Of a DNA stretch of 34,573 nt, positions 24,101-34,573 are shown in pieces. The notes under the pieces were generated by a model. It was not told where the DNA came from, did not search any database, and was given only the letters and a program-made list of their open reading frames with translations. The translations under genes were made by a program, and so were the position numbers. Location of the stretch: the NCBI GenBank assembly GCA_013265495.1, contig PNXW01003605.1, forward strand, positions 1 to 34,573, given 5' to 3'. Every line of letters starts with the position of its first letter. The stretch's first letter is position 1. The stretch comes from Vicugna vicugna. Taxonomy: Eukaryota.

Positions 24101-27100
24101 TTCTTCTGGGCCCTGCCCATGGGGGAGTAAGGGACAGTGTAGGATGCAGGCAGCCGTTTTGGGCCAAGGTGGTTGAGTGGCTCGCAGGTGTCCTTGCAGT
24201 AGCAGTGCTTGACCCTTGATGCTTTGAGAGGGCCTGAGGTAATCCCGGGCCTGACTGAGCTTGGGCCAACTGCCTCCCCTGGGCTCTGCCACACAGGACC
24301 CCGAGGGCAAGCCCAAGAAGACGCACATCCAAGACAACCATGACGGCACGTACACGGTGGCCTACGTGCCAGACGTGACGGGCCGCTACACCATCCTCAT
24401 CAAGTATGGTGGCGATGAGATCCCCTTCTCCCCATACCGTGTCCGGGCTGTGCCCACTGGGGATGCCAGCAAGTGCACCGTCACAGGTGAGCCTGCCCGC
24501 CAGCGGCCACGGCACTCAGCACGGGGCTTGGGTGTGCCTGTGTGCAAGGGCTCGCTGCTTGGGGCGGCGTGTGGGAGTGGGGGCCGCCCCCTTGAGTGAC
24601 TCACCTGACCTTTCTCCTTGCTCTCTGCCCTCTCACCTCAGTGTCAATCGGAGGTCACGGGCTAGGTAAGCTGCTTGCTGGGGCCACTCCCAATGCCCCT
24701 CCTGCCCAGAGGGCAGCTTCCTTTCCTCTTCCGTGCTGATTCCCAGGACAGTTCCAGCTGCAGCTCTTGGCAGGGACAGAGGGGGGAACTGGAGGGTTAG
24801 GGCCCAGGGAGGCCTCCGGAGCTGAGCATGAGCACTCCAGCCCTCCCCTTCTCTGGGCCTCCGTTTCCCCATCTGAGAAGTCGGGTTGCAGCTGAGAGCT
24901 TTGGGGTGTGGTGCATCCTGAGAGGCACCCCACTGGGGGCTCTGGGGTCTGGGGATCTGGGCACCCCCGGGAAGTCCCAGGGGTGGGCAGCAAACCCTTT
25001 CTTTTCACTTCCTCCTTCTGTGTTAAGGGCTCTCACATGGGGTCTCCCTCAAGCCACGGGAGTCCCCGGCCCTGGCCAGATCCACAGACCCCCACCCCTA
25101 CCTCCCAGAGGCCTCTGCGTCCCGGGCCGGGGGAGGCGCAGACTGCATGAGTGGGCGGGGCTGGCTAGTAGTGCGGCAGCACCGGCGTCGACTGCTTGGG
25201 CGGCCAGCATGGCGGGGCCCGGCCCAGCCTCAGAGCCCCAAAGTGCACTCGGTGGCCCACCCACCCTCTCCACATCCTTCCCTCCCCCTACTCCCTCAGC
25301 AGTGACGTTATTCAGATGGTCCCCAACTAGGCATGGAGATCCTCCTGCTCAGGCATGGGAGGGGAGAGCCAGCCCAGGCCAAGGGCACCTATGAGAGGCA
25401 GTAACTACACGGGAGCCTCGGAAGGCTGCAGGCCTGGAGCTTGGGCGAGGCGGCCAGGGATAAAGTTAGAGGGTGGCTGGGGTTTTGTGGCAGGGGTTGA
25501 GGGACTCTAGAGCGGGCCTCGGATTTGAGATGACAGGCATGTGTGCCTAGGGCAGGGGGACAGGGCCTTGGGGACCATGGGCAGGGTCAAGACTTAGCTG
25601 ACAGAGTGGTCTCAGTTTACCTGGCCACTGTGTGCAGAATGGAGGCAGAGAGCCCAGCTGGGGAGCTGAAGTCACTTTTGGACCAGTTGGAGGGGTAGCT
25701 TGGTCTAGGCCAGTGATGGGGGACTTGAGAGGGGAACCAAATTGGGGGGTGTACTTTGAGGATAGAGCAGCTGAGACATGCTGATGGGCTGGGCGCTGGG
25801 CAGGGGAAGTGGGGAGTCCAGGCTAACTGTGAGGCCAGAAGCCTGAGCCACTAGCTAGACCGTGGGTCCACGTTCCAAGCAGGGAGAAAAGGTGTGGCTG
25901 CATGTGAGGTGAGGCCTCCCCGGGCAGGGTGGGCAGTAATGGGCCAGGTCTAGAGCTCAGGAGAGCTGCGGAAGGCCAGCATGGAGCTCAGCAGAGTGAG
26001 AGCCCTTGGCAGAGATGAGAGCTCAGCGGCAGGCTGGCTGGGGGTTGGGGGGTCCTTGAACTTAGCCCCTGAGTTGGTTTCGGTGCTCCCAGCTGCTTCC
26101 CTAGCAGAGGCTGGGCTACAGAAAGCACTTTCGCTGCCAGGCCTCACAGCCCACAGCCCCCCAAGCCTCCACGGCTGAGCCAAGATCATAACGTCACTGT
26201 CCCCCACTTTCCTCGGGCACTCTGGGGCCCTGGAGGCTGCTCAGCTGCTCCGCTCTTGCAACCTAGCAGCCGTGGCTCTGGCTTGGGCGTCCTGTCCCCT
26301 TCCCCCTGGGTGCTGCCGCTGCCACTGCCTGCTGCGCTGTGCTGCCTGGGTGCTAACCCTGCTGCCTACCTGCTTCCCTGCTCCCAGCTCCTGCCTGCAA
26401 CGGGCCATGCCCAGCCGTCCCTTTCTGCAAGCCTCCAAGCGAGAGTTCTCAGTTGTCAGGAAACTCCAATTTCACCTTCAGGCCGGGGTGGGGCGGGAGG
26501 CGAGTGTCACATTCCCCCACGCTGCAGCAGGACTCCGCCTCACTGCGTCTGCACACAGCACTGGGGGCCAGGCCACAGGGGCGAAGGCAGCTGTGGGCCC
26601 AGCTGGAGCACTGGCATTGGTCAGTGTGGTCCATGGCGCCAGCTGAGGCCAAGTTGGCAGGGGAGGTGGCGGCCAATGCTGGTGCCCTGACAGCATGTGG
26701 CCCTCCAGGCCCTTCCTTCCTCTCAAGACACCTGAGTTCCATCCGTCAGGCCTTCCCCACATAGGGGATTTCCCCAAGATAGCACTGCCTGGCTTGAGGT
26801 GGCTCAGGGGAACCTTTCCTGCCTTCTGAGAAATTACTCACCATCCCAGCTTGGGGGGGGGGTGGGGGCAGGAGGCCTGGCTATGCTTGGTGGCAGTAAG
26901 AGGCCTGGGCGGGTGGCAAGTGGACAGGAGCAGGCCGAGCACCAAGCTCATGCACTGGCCCCCACTTTGGGGACCCACCCTGCCCCACCAGGTGCTGGCA
27001 TCGGCCCCACCATCCAGATTGGAGAGGAGACAGTGATCACCGTGGACACCAAGGCGGCGGGCAAAGGCAAGGTGACCTGCACCGTGTGCACACCTGACGG

Positions 27101-30100
27101 CTCTGAGGTGGACGTGGATGTGGTAGAGAATGAGGACGGCACCTTCGACATCTTCTATACGGCTCCCCAGCCTGGCAAATACGTCATCTGTGTGCGCTTT
27201 GGCGGCGAACACGTGCCAAACAGCCCCTTCCAAGTGACGGTCAGGAGGGGCCAGGGGTGAGGGGTCTGGGCAGGGCCTGGCCTGCCCCCTGCCCTGGGGC
27301 TCATGTGTGACCAGGGTCTCTAGCTCTTGTACGTTGCTCTGCAGGCTCTGGCCGGAGATCAGCCCATGGCACAGACCCCACTGCGGCCTCAGCAACTGGC
27401 CCCACCATACACCTATGCCCAGGGTGGCCAACAGACCTGGGTATGGCCTGGCCCACCTCTTCCTAGCTTACCTAGCCCTAGGGGACACTTGGGGACTGGC
27501 CAGCTGGGTGTCCCGTGTGGCCCTGTTCTGCTGCCTTTGTGGAGGGACCCCATATCCTCCCACTTGGGACTCCCCTCCCTTCAACAGCTCCCGACCCAGG
27601 CCCTTTGTGTCCACTGCAGGCTCCAGAAAGACCCTTGGTGGGTGTCAATGGGCTGGATGTGACCAGCCTGAGGCCCTTCGACCTTGTCATCCCCTTCACC
27701 ATCAAGAAGGGCGAGATCACTGGTGAGCAGGGCGGGAAGGAGCTCTAGGGAGGCCAGGGTGTGCCGACGGGCTGCCCTGACCCCAACCCCACTGCCCTGC
27801 AGGGGAGGTACGGATGCCTTCGGGCAAAGTGGCGCAGCCGGCTATCACCGACAACAAAGATGGCACTGTGACCGTGCGCTACGCGCCCAGCGAGGCTGGC
27901 CTGCATGAGATGGATATCCGCTACGATAACATGCACATCCCAGGTGCGTCACGCAGCCAGCCGTCACCACCTCACAAGGGCCTGGGGCTGGGGGAAGGAC
28001 TTGGGGACAACCCAAGGCCCCCGTTCCACATAGCCCCCTTCCTGCCTTAGGAAGCCCCCTACAGTTCTACGTGGATTATGTCAACTGTGGCCACGTCACA
28101 GCCTACGGGCCTGGCCTTACCCATGGGGTGGTGAACAAGCCTGCTGTTTTCACGGTCAACACCAAGGATGCAGGAGAGGGTGAGCGTTGGCTCTAGTCTT
28201 AACCTGCCTGTGTGTTGTGAGATGCCATCATCTAATAGAGAACTGTATGCTGGAGACACTCCCCAAAGGGCATTCCCCACCCTGCCACCTGGGCCTCTCC
28301 TTGCCTGTTGGGGCTTCTCATTGGTGCAGTGTCTCTGGTCACAGTTCCCACCCTCACCCACAACTCTCTCCAGGGGGCTTGTCCCTGGCCATTGAGGGCC
28401 CATCCAAAGCAGAAATCAGCTGTACTGACAACCAGGACGGGACGTGCAGCGTCTCCTACCTGCCTGTGCTGCCTGGTGACTACAGCATCCTGGTCAAGTA
28501 CAATGAGCAGCACATCCCAGGAAGCCCCTTCACTGCCAGGGTCACAGGTACGTGGTACCTGGAGCAATGACAGAACGAGGCAGGTGGCAGGGTAGGCGCA
28601 GTCTCCCTCTGTGCCTGGACACACAGTGACTGTCCCCCACCAGGTGATGACTCGATGCGCATGTCCCACCTTAAGGTGGGCTCTGCCGCTGACATCCCCA
28701 TCAATATCTCGGAGACGGACCTCAGCCTGCTGACAGCCACGGTGGTGCCGCCCTCGGGCCGGGAGGAACCCTGTCTGCTGAAGCGGCTGCGCAATGGCCA
28801 CGTGGGTAAGAGGCTGGGGAGCCGCACCTTCTGGAAAGGAAGGAGGCTGGCAGGGGGTGGGCAAACCTTTCCCTGGCTGATGGCCCCACCCTATGTTGTG
28901 CCCAGGGATCTCGTTCGTGCCCAAGGAGACAGGAGAGCACCTGGTGCACGTGAAGAAGAATGGTCAGCATGTGGCGAGCAGCCCCATTCCAGTGGTGATC
29001 AGCCAGTCGGAGATTGGGGATGCCAGCCGTGTGCGGGTCTCAGGCCAGGGCCTTCATGAAGGCCACACCTTTGAGCCTGCAGAGTTTATCATCGACACCC
29101 GTGATGCAGGTGGGCGGTGGTGGCCTGGAATCTGGGGTGGGACCACTCTCTTTAGCCTCCTAACTCAGGCGTATCCCTCCTGCAGGCTATGGTGGACTTA
29201 GCCTGTCCATCGAGGGTCCCAGCAAGGTAGATATCAACACAGAGGACCTGGAAGATGGCACATGCAGGGTTACCTACTGCCCCACAGAGCCTGGAAACTA
29301 CATTATCAACATCAAGTTTGCCGACCAGCACGTGCCTGGTGAGGGCAGTGCCCACGCACCCTCCCCCATGGCTGGGCGACCCTCCTTGCCATACTCTGGG
29401 CTTTGCCTGCAGAATGTAACCTGTGTGGGATGTGGGCTGTGTTTTCTTCCTACAGGCAGCCCCTTCTCCGTGAAGGTGACAGGCGAGGGCCGGGTGAAAG
29501 AGAGCATCACACGCAGGCGACGGGCTCCTTCGGTGGCTAATGTTGGCAGTCATTGTGACCTCAGCTTGAAGATCCCTGGTAGGAGCTATAGCAGGGCCAG
29601 GAAGGGGTCCTGGGGAGTCCTGGGTGCCAGCCCTAGGTGGCCCCAAGCAGAGGGCTGGGGCCTGGGTCTCCTGCTCACCAGGCTACCCCTCACCTACAGA
29701 AATTAGCATCCAGGACATGACAGCCCAGGTGACCAGCCCATCAGGCAAGAGCCATGAAGCTGAGATTGTGGAAGGCGAGAACCATACCTACTGCATCCGC
29801 TTTGTGCCTGCTGAGATGGGCATGCACACAGTCAGCGTCAAGTACAAGGGCCAGCACGTGCCTGGGAGCCCTTTCCAGTTCACCGTGGGACCCCTGGGAG
29901 AAGGAGGAGCCCACAAGGTCCGTGCCGGGGGCCCTGGCCTGGAGAGGGCTGAAGCTGGAGTGCCAGGTAGGCCTACTTCCTGAGGGGCTCTTGGTCTTCT
30001 GGGGGAGGGTCGGGGGGTGGGGAGGAAGTAGCCAGCAGCCATGCTGGTCTCAGCCATGCTCAGAGAGGGCTGAGGCCAGGACAGCAGCCCTCCATGAGGA

Positions 30101-33029
30101 CACACTACTTTCCCACAGCTGAATTCAGCATTTGGACCAGGGAAGCAGGCGCTGGGGGCCTGGCCATTGCTGTTGAGGGCCCCAGCAAGGCCGAGATCTC
30201 CTTTGAGGACCGCAAGGATGGCTCCTGTGGTGTGGCCTATGTGGTCCAGGAGCCAGGTACTGAAGCCCTGGCTGGGCCTGGGGAGGCAGTTCCTGGGTGT
30301 GGGTATTGGTCTGGGTCTATGCAGACATCCCTGCCCAGCTCCCACCCTTTACTGTGAGGTCCCAGGGCCACTTAGGCTGTTTGGGAGAGACAGCAGGTTT
30401 GAATGCTGACAAGTGGGGGCCTCCCAGCATGCCCTCTGTTCTCTCTCCCTGCCCAGGTGACTACGAGGTCTCAGTCAAGTTCAACGAGGAGCACATCCCA
30501 GACAGCCCCTTTGTGGTGCCTGTGGCTTCTCCGTCTGGTGACGCCCGCCGTCTTACTGTTTCTAGTCTTCAGGTGAGACACCGAGAGAAACCGCCCGTCT
30601 GGGGCTCCTGGGCCCGGCCAGACCAGAGCCGCCGCACAGAGCAGGCCTTGGCCCTGTGTCAAGTGACCCGCCCAGCCCAGCTCGGAGCGCCGGGCTTCTG
30701 CTCTGGCCGGGTGCAGCCCACGCTTGGGGTCGGCAGGAAGTACCCCTGACCGCCACGTGGAGTTTTTCTCGTGTCTCAGGTCTAAAGGCTTTGAACAGAA
30801 GCCTGTGCCCCTTGAGCACCAGGGCTGAGGTTTAAAGAGGGACAGCCTGCTAGGGCTGCATGCTGCCCGCAGGGCGGGGCCACCCTGCTTCCTGCTGCCC
30901 CTGTGTGTGAATGTGGAGCGTGGGTTTGGGAGTGGGGGTGTGTGTGCCTGTAGCTTGCTGCCCCTTGAGAATAGGTGGCTCTCCCTCTTTAAACCAAGTT
31001 GGACGCCAGATGGGTAAGTGCAACCCTGTGGGCCTTCTGCTTCTGGGGCCCTGTCTTCCCTTGCTCCAGCCTCAGCCCCCTAACCACATCTGCTGTGCTT
31101 CCAGGAGTCAGGGCTAAAGGTCAACCAGCCAGCCTCTTTTGCAGTCAGCCTGAATGGGGCCAAGGGGGCGATCGATGCCAAGGTGCACAGCCCCTCAGGA
31201 GCCCTGGAGGAGTGCTATGTCACAGAGATTGACCAAGGTGAGGCCCTGTCCCTGCCCGGCCACCCAGCCATCTGCCCTGGCCCCGCTGGGAGCAGTGGGC
31301 CGCCCCTGGGCCCGTCCCGCTGGCTGGAAGCAGGCTGAGAGTACAAAAGGCAGACACAGACTCTGGAAGCAGCCCGGACAGGGCACAGGTGCCTGGCTTC
31401 TTCAGCCAGGCAGCCCTTTCCCCTCGTTACCTAAGCCCTTGGGAATCTGGCTCAGCTTCACCCTTGAGGCTTCAGGAAGCCTGTGCTGTGGAGTGTGGGT
31501 GTCTAGCATGGTCCCCAGAAAAAGCTGAGTGGGCCACCTAAAGCTACTGGACTCACTCTGGTGGACAAGGGAAGCTCCTCAGATGCCACGTGCTCGGTTG
31601 GAGGAGGGACCCCGGGCCCACAGCATGCTCCTCTGTTCCTCAGATAAGTATGCCGTGCGCTTTATCCCACGGGAAAATGGCATCTACCTGATTGATGTCA
31701 AGTTCAACGGCACCCACATCCCTGGAAGCCCCTTCAAGATTCGAGTTGGGGAGCCCGGGCATGGAGGGGACCCAGGCCTGGTGTCCGCCTATGGAGCTGG
31801 CCTGGAAGGCGGCATCACAGGTAGGTCAGTGGGTGCAGCTTCTGGTGTGTGAACGTGGCTGTTAGGGCCCCTCCTCCCAGCTCTCAGTGACAACAGGAGG
31901 CGTGTGGAGGTGACCAGGCTACGCTGGGCCGGGGGTGGGGGTGGGGAACAGGCTGGACCAGCTCTGCCTAACCTCCTGTGCCCCCAGGGAGCCCAGCTGA
32001 GTTTATTGTGAACACAAGCAATGCAGGAGCAGGTGCCCTATCAGTCACCATCGACGGGCCCTCCAAGGTGAAGATGGATTGCCAGGAGTGCCCTGAGGGC
32101 TACCGCGTCACCTACACGCCCATGGCACCTGGCAGCTACCTCATCTCCATCAAGTATGGTGGCCCCTACCACATTGGGGGCAGCCCCTTCAAGGCCAGAG
32201 TCACAGGTGAGCCATGCACCAGACTGCTGCCACCCACCCAACTCAATGCCTGGCACTCTGGCCACCTCTGACCCACCTGCTCTGCCCTACAGGTCCCCGT
32301 CTCGTCAGCAACCACAGCCTCCATGAGACATCATCAGTGTTTGTAGACTCCCTGTCCAAGACTGCCGGTGTCCCCCAGCATGGGGCCCCAGGCCCAGGCC
32401 CCTCCGATGCCAGCAAGGTGTTGGCCAAGGGTCTGGGGCTAAGCAAGGCCTACATGGGCCAGAAGAGCAGCTTCACGGTGGACTGCAGCAAAGCAGGTGG
32501 GCACCCAGGCCCCAGCCCTTGGCCAGTGCCTGGGAACATGGGAAGGGGTGAAGTGGGGGTGGGACAAATGCCTTTTGGGGCATGGCTGTCACTTCTAGAG
32601 CAACTTCCCACCTGGGCTTCCCTGCCATCTCCTCTACCCTTCAGGAAAGTGCCTTCGAGGAGCTGGAGTTTCCCCTATTGGTTTGGGGTGGGGGTGCTGG
32701 CAGCTCGGCAGAAAGGGCTGTCACCTGAAAATGGGTGAGGTGGGAAGGGGAGACTCCAGAACAGGAGGAGAGATCAGTGCAGTCACAGCTGAAGGGAGGG
32801 GACTTGGAGCCTGGAACTGAGGCGCCTTCCCCTACCCCTAGGCAACAACATGCTGCTGGTGGGGGTACATGGGCCACGGACGCCCTGTGAGGAGATCCTG
32901 GTGAAGCATGTGGGCAGCAGGCTCTACAGTGTCTCCTACCTGCTCAAGGACAAGGGGGAGTACACGCTGGTGGTCAAATGGGGTGATGAGCACATCCCAG
33001 GCAGCCCCTACCGTGTCCTGGTGCCCTGA
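11478..33029 (+). CDS. FLNA: Filamin A, 2647 aa (CH1-CH2 actin-binding domain + 24 filamin Ig repeats), 47 coding exons
   Basis: Coding exons: 11478-11850, 14877-15125, 15214-15311, 15432-15579, 15991-16109, 16202-16279, 16370-16532, 16622-16822, 17369-17506, 17589-17712, 17829-17965, 18067-18260, 18429-18542, 18630-18773, 19471-19594, 19678-19838, 19925-20015, 20096-20265, 20537-20654, 20754-21016, 21233-21830, 21915-22088, 22170-22332, 22410-22570, 22666-22836, 23243-23366, 23457-23613, 24297-24486, 24642-24665, 26992-27239, 27345-27440, 27620-27722, 27803-27943, 28051-28179, 28374-28547, 28644-28805, 28906-29109, 29186-29338, 29456-29578, 29700-29966, 30119-30256, 30457-30572, 31105-31237, 31644-31820, 31988-32206, 32293-32496, 32842-33029. 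All introns are GT-AG; 7944 nt in one frame. Starts [39 protein letters not shown] and ends [12 protein letters not shown]. Confidence 0.99.
13068..13077. promoter_or_regulatory. CArG box CCATATAAGG in FLNA intron 2 (candidate enhancer)
   Basis: Perfect CArG, with AP-1 TGAGTCA at 12923-12929 and MCAT-like GGAATG at ~12860 nearby. Confidence 0.6.
13999..14026. repeat. Short (CCT)n microsatellite
   Basis: acctcctcatcctcctcctcctcctcctc. Confidence 0.7.
17061..17117 (+). other. FLNA: FLNA poison cassette exon (9N), 57 nt, in-frame TAG
   Basis: AAG|AGCTCG...TCAACG|GTACTT, preceded by a long CU-rich tract (~16965-17055). After exon 9 (phase 1) it reads GAG CTC GCT CCA GTT GTC TAG, with the stop at 17078-17080. 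Position matches the known PTBP1-repressed neuronal FLNA poison exon. Confidence 0.8.
18850..19400 (-). mobile_element. Old L1 (L1M/L1MB-like) 3'-end fragment in FLNA intron 15, antisense
   Basis: Typical antisense L1M 3' motifs: tgtaca..gtagttttgagtaagttcagagttgcgcagccatcacca; tttcactcagcat; gttgatggacatttggg..ttttggctgttgtgaacagtgccgctgtgaac; ggttgcaccatttt. Subfamily is not resolved. Confidence 0.8.
24642..24665 (+). CDS. FLNA: FLNA 24-nt alternative microexon 30 (VSIGGHGL)
   Basis: Polypyrimidine tract then CAG|TGTCAATCGGAGGTCACGGGCTAG|GTAAGC. Frame-preserving; corresponds to the known 8-aa FLNA isoform difference. Confidence 0.9.
   Translation, partial: CQSEVTG
24845..24885 (-). mobile_element. 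Possible MIR core fragment
   Basis: ctctgggcctccgtttccccatctg resembles the MIR core (ctcagtttcctcatctgtaaaatg). The match is very short. Confidence 0.4.
25400..26000 (-). mobile_element. Degenerate L2 LINE fragment in FLNA intron 30
   Basis: Purine-rich stretch with L2 antisense motifs (ctggccactgtgtgcagaatggaggcag..; gcttggtctagg; gctgatgggctgg; gcctgagccact; gtctagagctcaggagag). Boundaries are approximate. Confidence 0.65.
29456..29578 (+). CDS. FLNA: FLNA exon 40 (123 nt): the 41-aa segment absent in the var-1 isoform; carries RRRRAPS (Ser2152)
   Basis: Symmetric phase-1 exon encoding [41 protein letters not shown]. Confidence 0.85.
30548..30803 (+). other. FLNA: FLNA Q2341 (Q/R) A-to-I editing site with intronic editing-complementary sequence
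   Basis: The last codon of exon 43 is CAG (30570-30572; c.7021-7023, codon 2341). Sequence ~30548-30592 is imperfectly complementary to ~30760-30802. Confidence 0.8.
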
Positions 33030-33308
33030 GCTCTGTGCCAGCCAGCAGCTCCCAGGATGAGAAGTGCCCCTGCGCCCACCCTCTGCCACCCGAGCAGCAA
33101 CCCCACCTCAGCCCTGGAGCCCTGGCCACCCTGTCACTGCAGCCGACCCTGCCCTGTGCTGCACTCACCTGCCTCCACTCCAGCAAAGGAGAGAGGCGAG
33201 CAGAGGGAGCCCTCTGGTGGCCCTGCCTATCTTCTTTGGTTCTGGGAGGGGTGAGGGGTGGGGGTCCTGTGCACAACCACCCGCTAGTTCTCTTCCCTAG
33301 CCAAGAGG

Positions 33309-33314
33309 AATAAA
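33309..33314 (+). terminator. FLNA: FLNA polyadenylation signal AATAAA
   Basis: AATAAA 280 nt after the stop, followed by a GU/U-rich downstream element (gtgtctctagctttct). Confidence 0.88.
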
Positions 33315-34514
33315 ATTCTGCTTCCATTCTCTTGGGAGTGTCTCTAGCTTTCTGGCAAAGGGCCCGACAGGGTGGATGGAAGTGTGGGCCCAGAACACAG
33401 GCTGCTGGATCTCCAGGCCAGCCCCCTCCGACTGCCTGGCCCCCGTGGCTCCTGCTTCCCAACACCTTTGCCCCACCTACCCAGCCAGCCACTACTGACT
33501 CCGGGAGGCTCCATCTGCCTTGCCTCCTCTCTGCCTCCCTGGGTTCAGGCAGTACAGGGCAAGAGGTGTATTCCCCCTCAGGACAGGGCCTGCTGCTAGT
33601 GAACTTGTTCCAGGCCACACCAGGAACAGGTGTTGCCTGATGGGAAGGCCAGGCTACAGGAGGTATAAAGTGCTGGGTGGGAGAACCAGATAAGCAGGAC
33701 TTAAATCACAGTGGGCCCTGGCCATCCTCCTGGCATCTTAAATGTGTCACTATCCCCTGGATAGGGCACTGTCATAAGGCTCCCTGCCCTGGGGGTAAGG
33801 CTGTGGGTCTGAAGGTTCCTCAGTGGACAGATGGACATATTCAGGGCACTGCCCATTGGTCACAGAGTTTGTCCCATTCCCACTTGAGCTCCAGGTGTCC
33901 TCGCCTGTCCTGCACTACGTCCCTGGGTGAGCCTTGCCCTGGTTCCCTCTTGCCATCATCACACTAGGGCATCACACTAGCCCCTGTTTCTCTGTCCATC
34001 ACTTCCCACATCCCTGCGCAAGTGTCTCCCACTATAAAAAAGAAACCAAATCACCCGTGCCCCATCCCAAGCCCTCCTAAACTTTCCTGCCTTATGCACA
34101 CAACTCTGATGTTCCACTTGCAGCCACGCAACCCCCCACCCCACCCCGGCAACCTCAACCGCCATCTGGAGAGAAGGGCCTCAAAGTCAGCCAAGGCTAA
34201 CATATTCAGGCCTCTCACAACTGGGCAGCTCCAAGCATGCTAGTCATGCCCCGCTTCTGGAAGCACTTTCTAGACCAGGATGAGCTGACAGATCCCAGGC
34301 AGGGTTGCTTCTCAGCCACAGAAAAGCATGAGCTCTGGGAGGGAGAAGAGGAGGATCAGGAAGTGGACAATGGCCGGCTCCTTAAGACCCAGACCAAGGG
34401 CTTCACCCAGGTCCAGCCCCTCCTAAGCAGAGAGGGAGCAGGCACAGCAGAGGCAGCCACTGATCCACAGGAAAGTAGCATGGGGCACCACTGTTCCGGC
34501 ACCTGGGCTGGCCT

Positions 34515-34573
34515 AGTGCCCCCTAGTCCTCTGAGCACCCCAACCCAAAGGCTTTTGAGGGCTCCGTGAGCCC
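34515..34573. repeat. Right arm (inner edge, cut by the window) of the outer inverted repeat
   Basis: Reverse complement of 1-59 (58/59). Confidence 0.9.

Noticed and set aside
15432..33029. Recurrent nucleotide motifs such as AGCCCCTTC across the window, considered as a repeat or CRISPR-like array
   Set aside because: These are the SPF/GPG motifs of the 24 filamin Ig repeats within exons, with irregular spacing in a eukaryotic context.
34237..34569. 110-aa ATG ORF downstream of FLNA
   Set aside because: No recognisable homology or supporting gene structure; it runs into the outer repeat arm.

Overview
This is eutherian X-chromosome DNA, most likely from a camelid because it carries a Vic-1-type tRNA SINE. 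It holds the complete head-to-head EMD/FLNA locus. EMD (emerin; 6 exons, 260 aa) is on the minus strand at about 1950-4280. FLNA (filamin A; non-coding exon 1 plus 47 coding exons, 2647 aa) is on the plus strand at about 8383-33330. Two nested pairs of inverted repeats structure the window. (1) The first and last 59 bp are reverse complements (58/59), probably the inner edges of the known large inverted duplication behind the recurrent FLNA-EMD inversion. (2) An inner ~747-bp inverted repeat (4807-5553 / 10253-10999) is essentially identical. It places the same CpG-rich module upstream of EMD and in FLNA intron 1, and brackets a 4.7-kb segment containing the FLNA promoter, exon 1 and three CArG boxes, making it a candidate invertible promoter cassette. 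RNA-level features also visible: the 57-nt FLNA poison exon in intron 9, the Q2341 A-to-I editing stem, the 24-nt microexon 30, and a YGCY-rich candidate cryptic acceptor in intron 30. The long ORFs outside these exons are by-products of high GC content.
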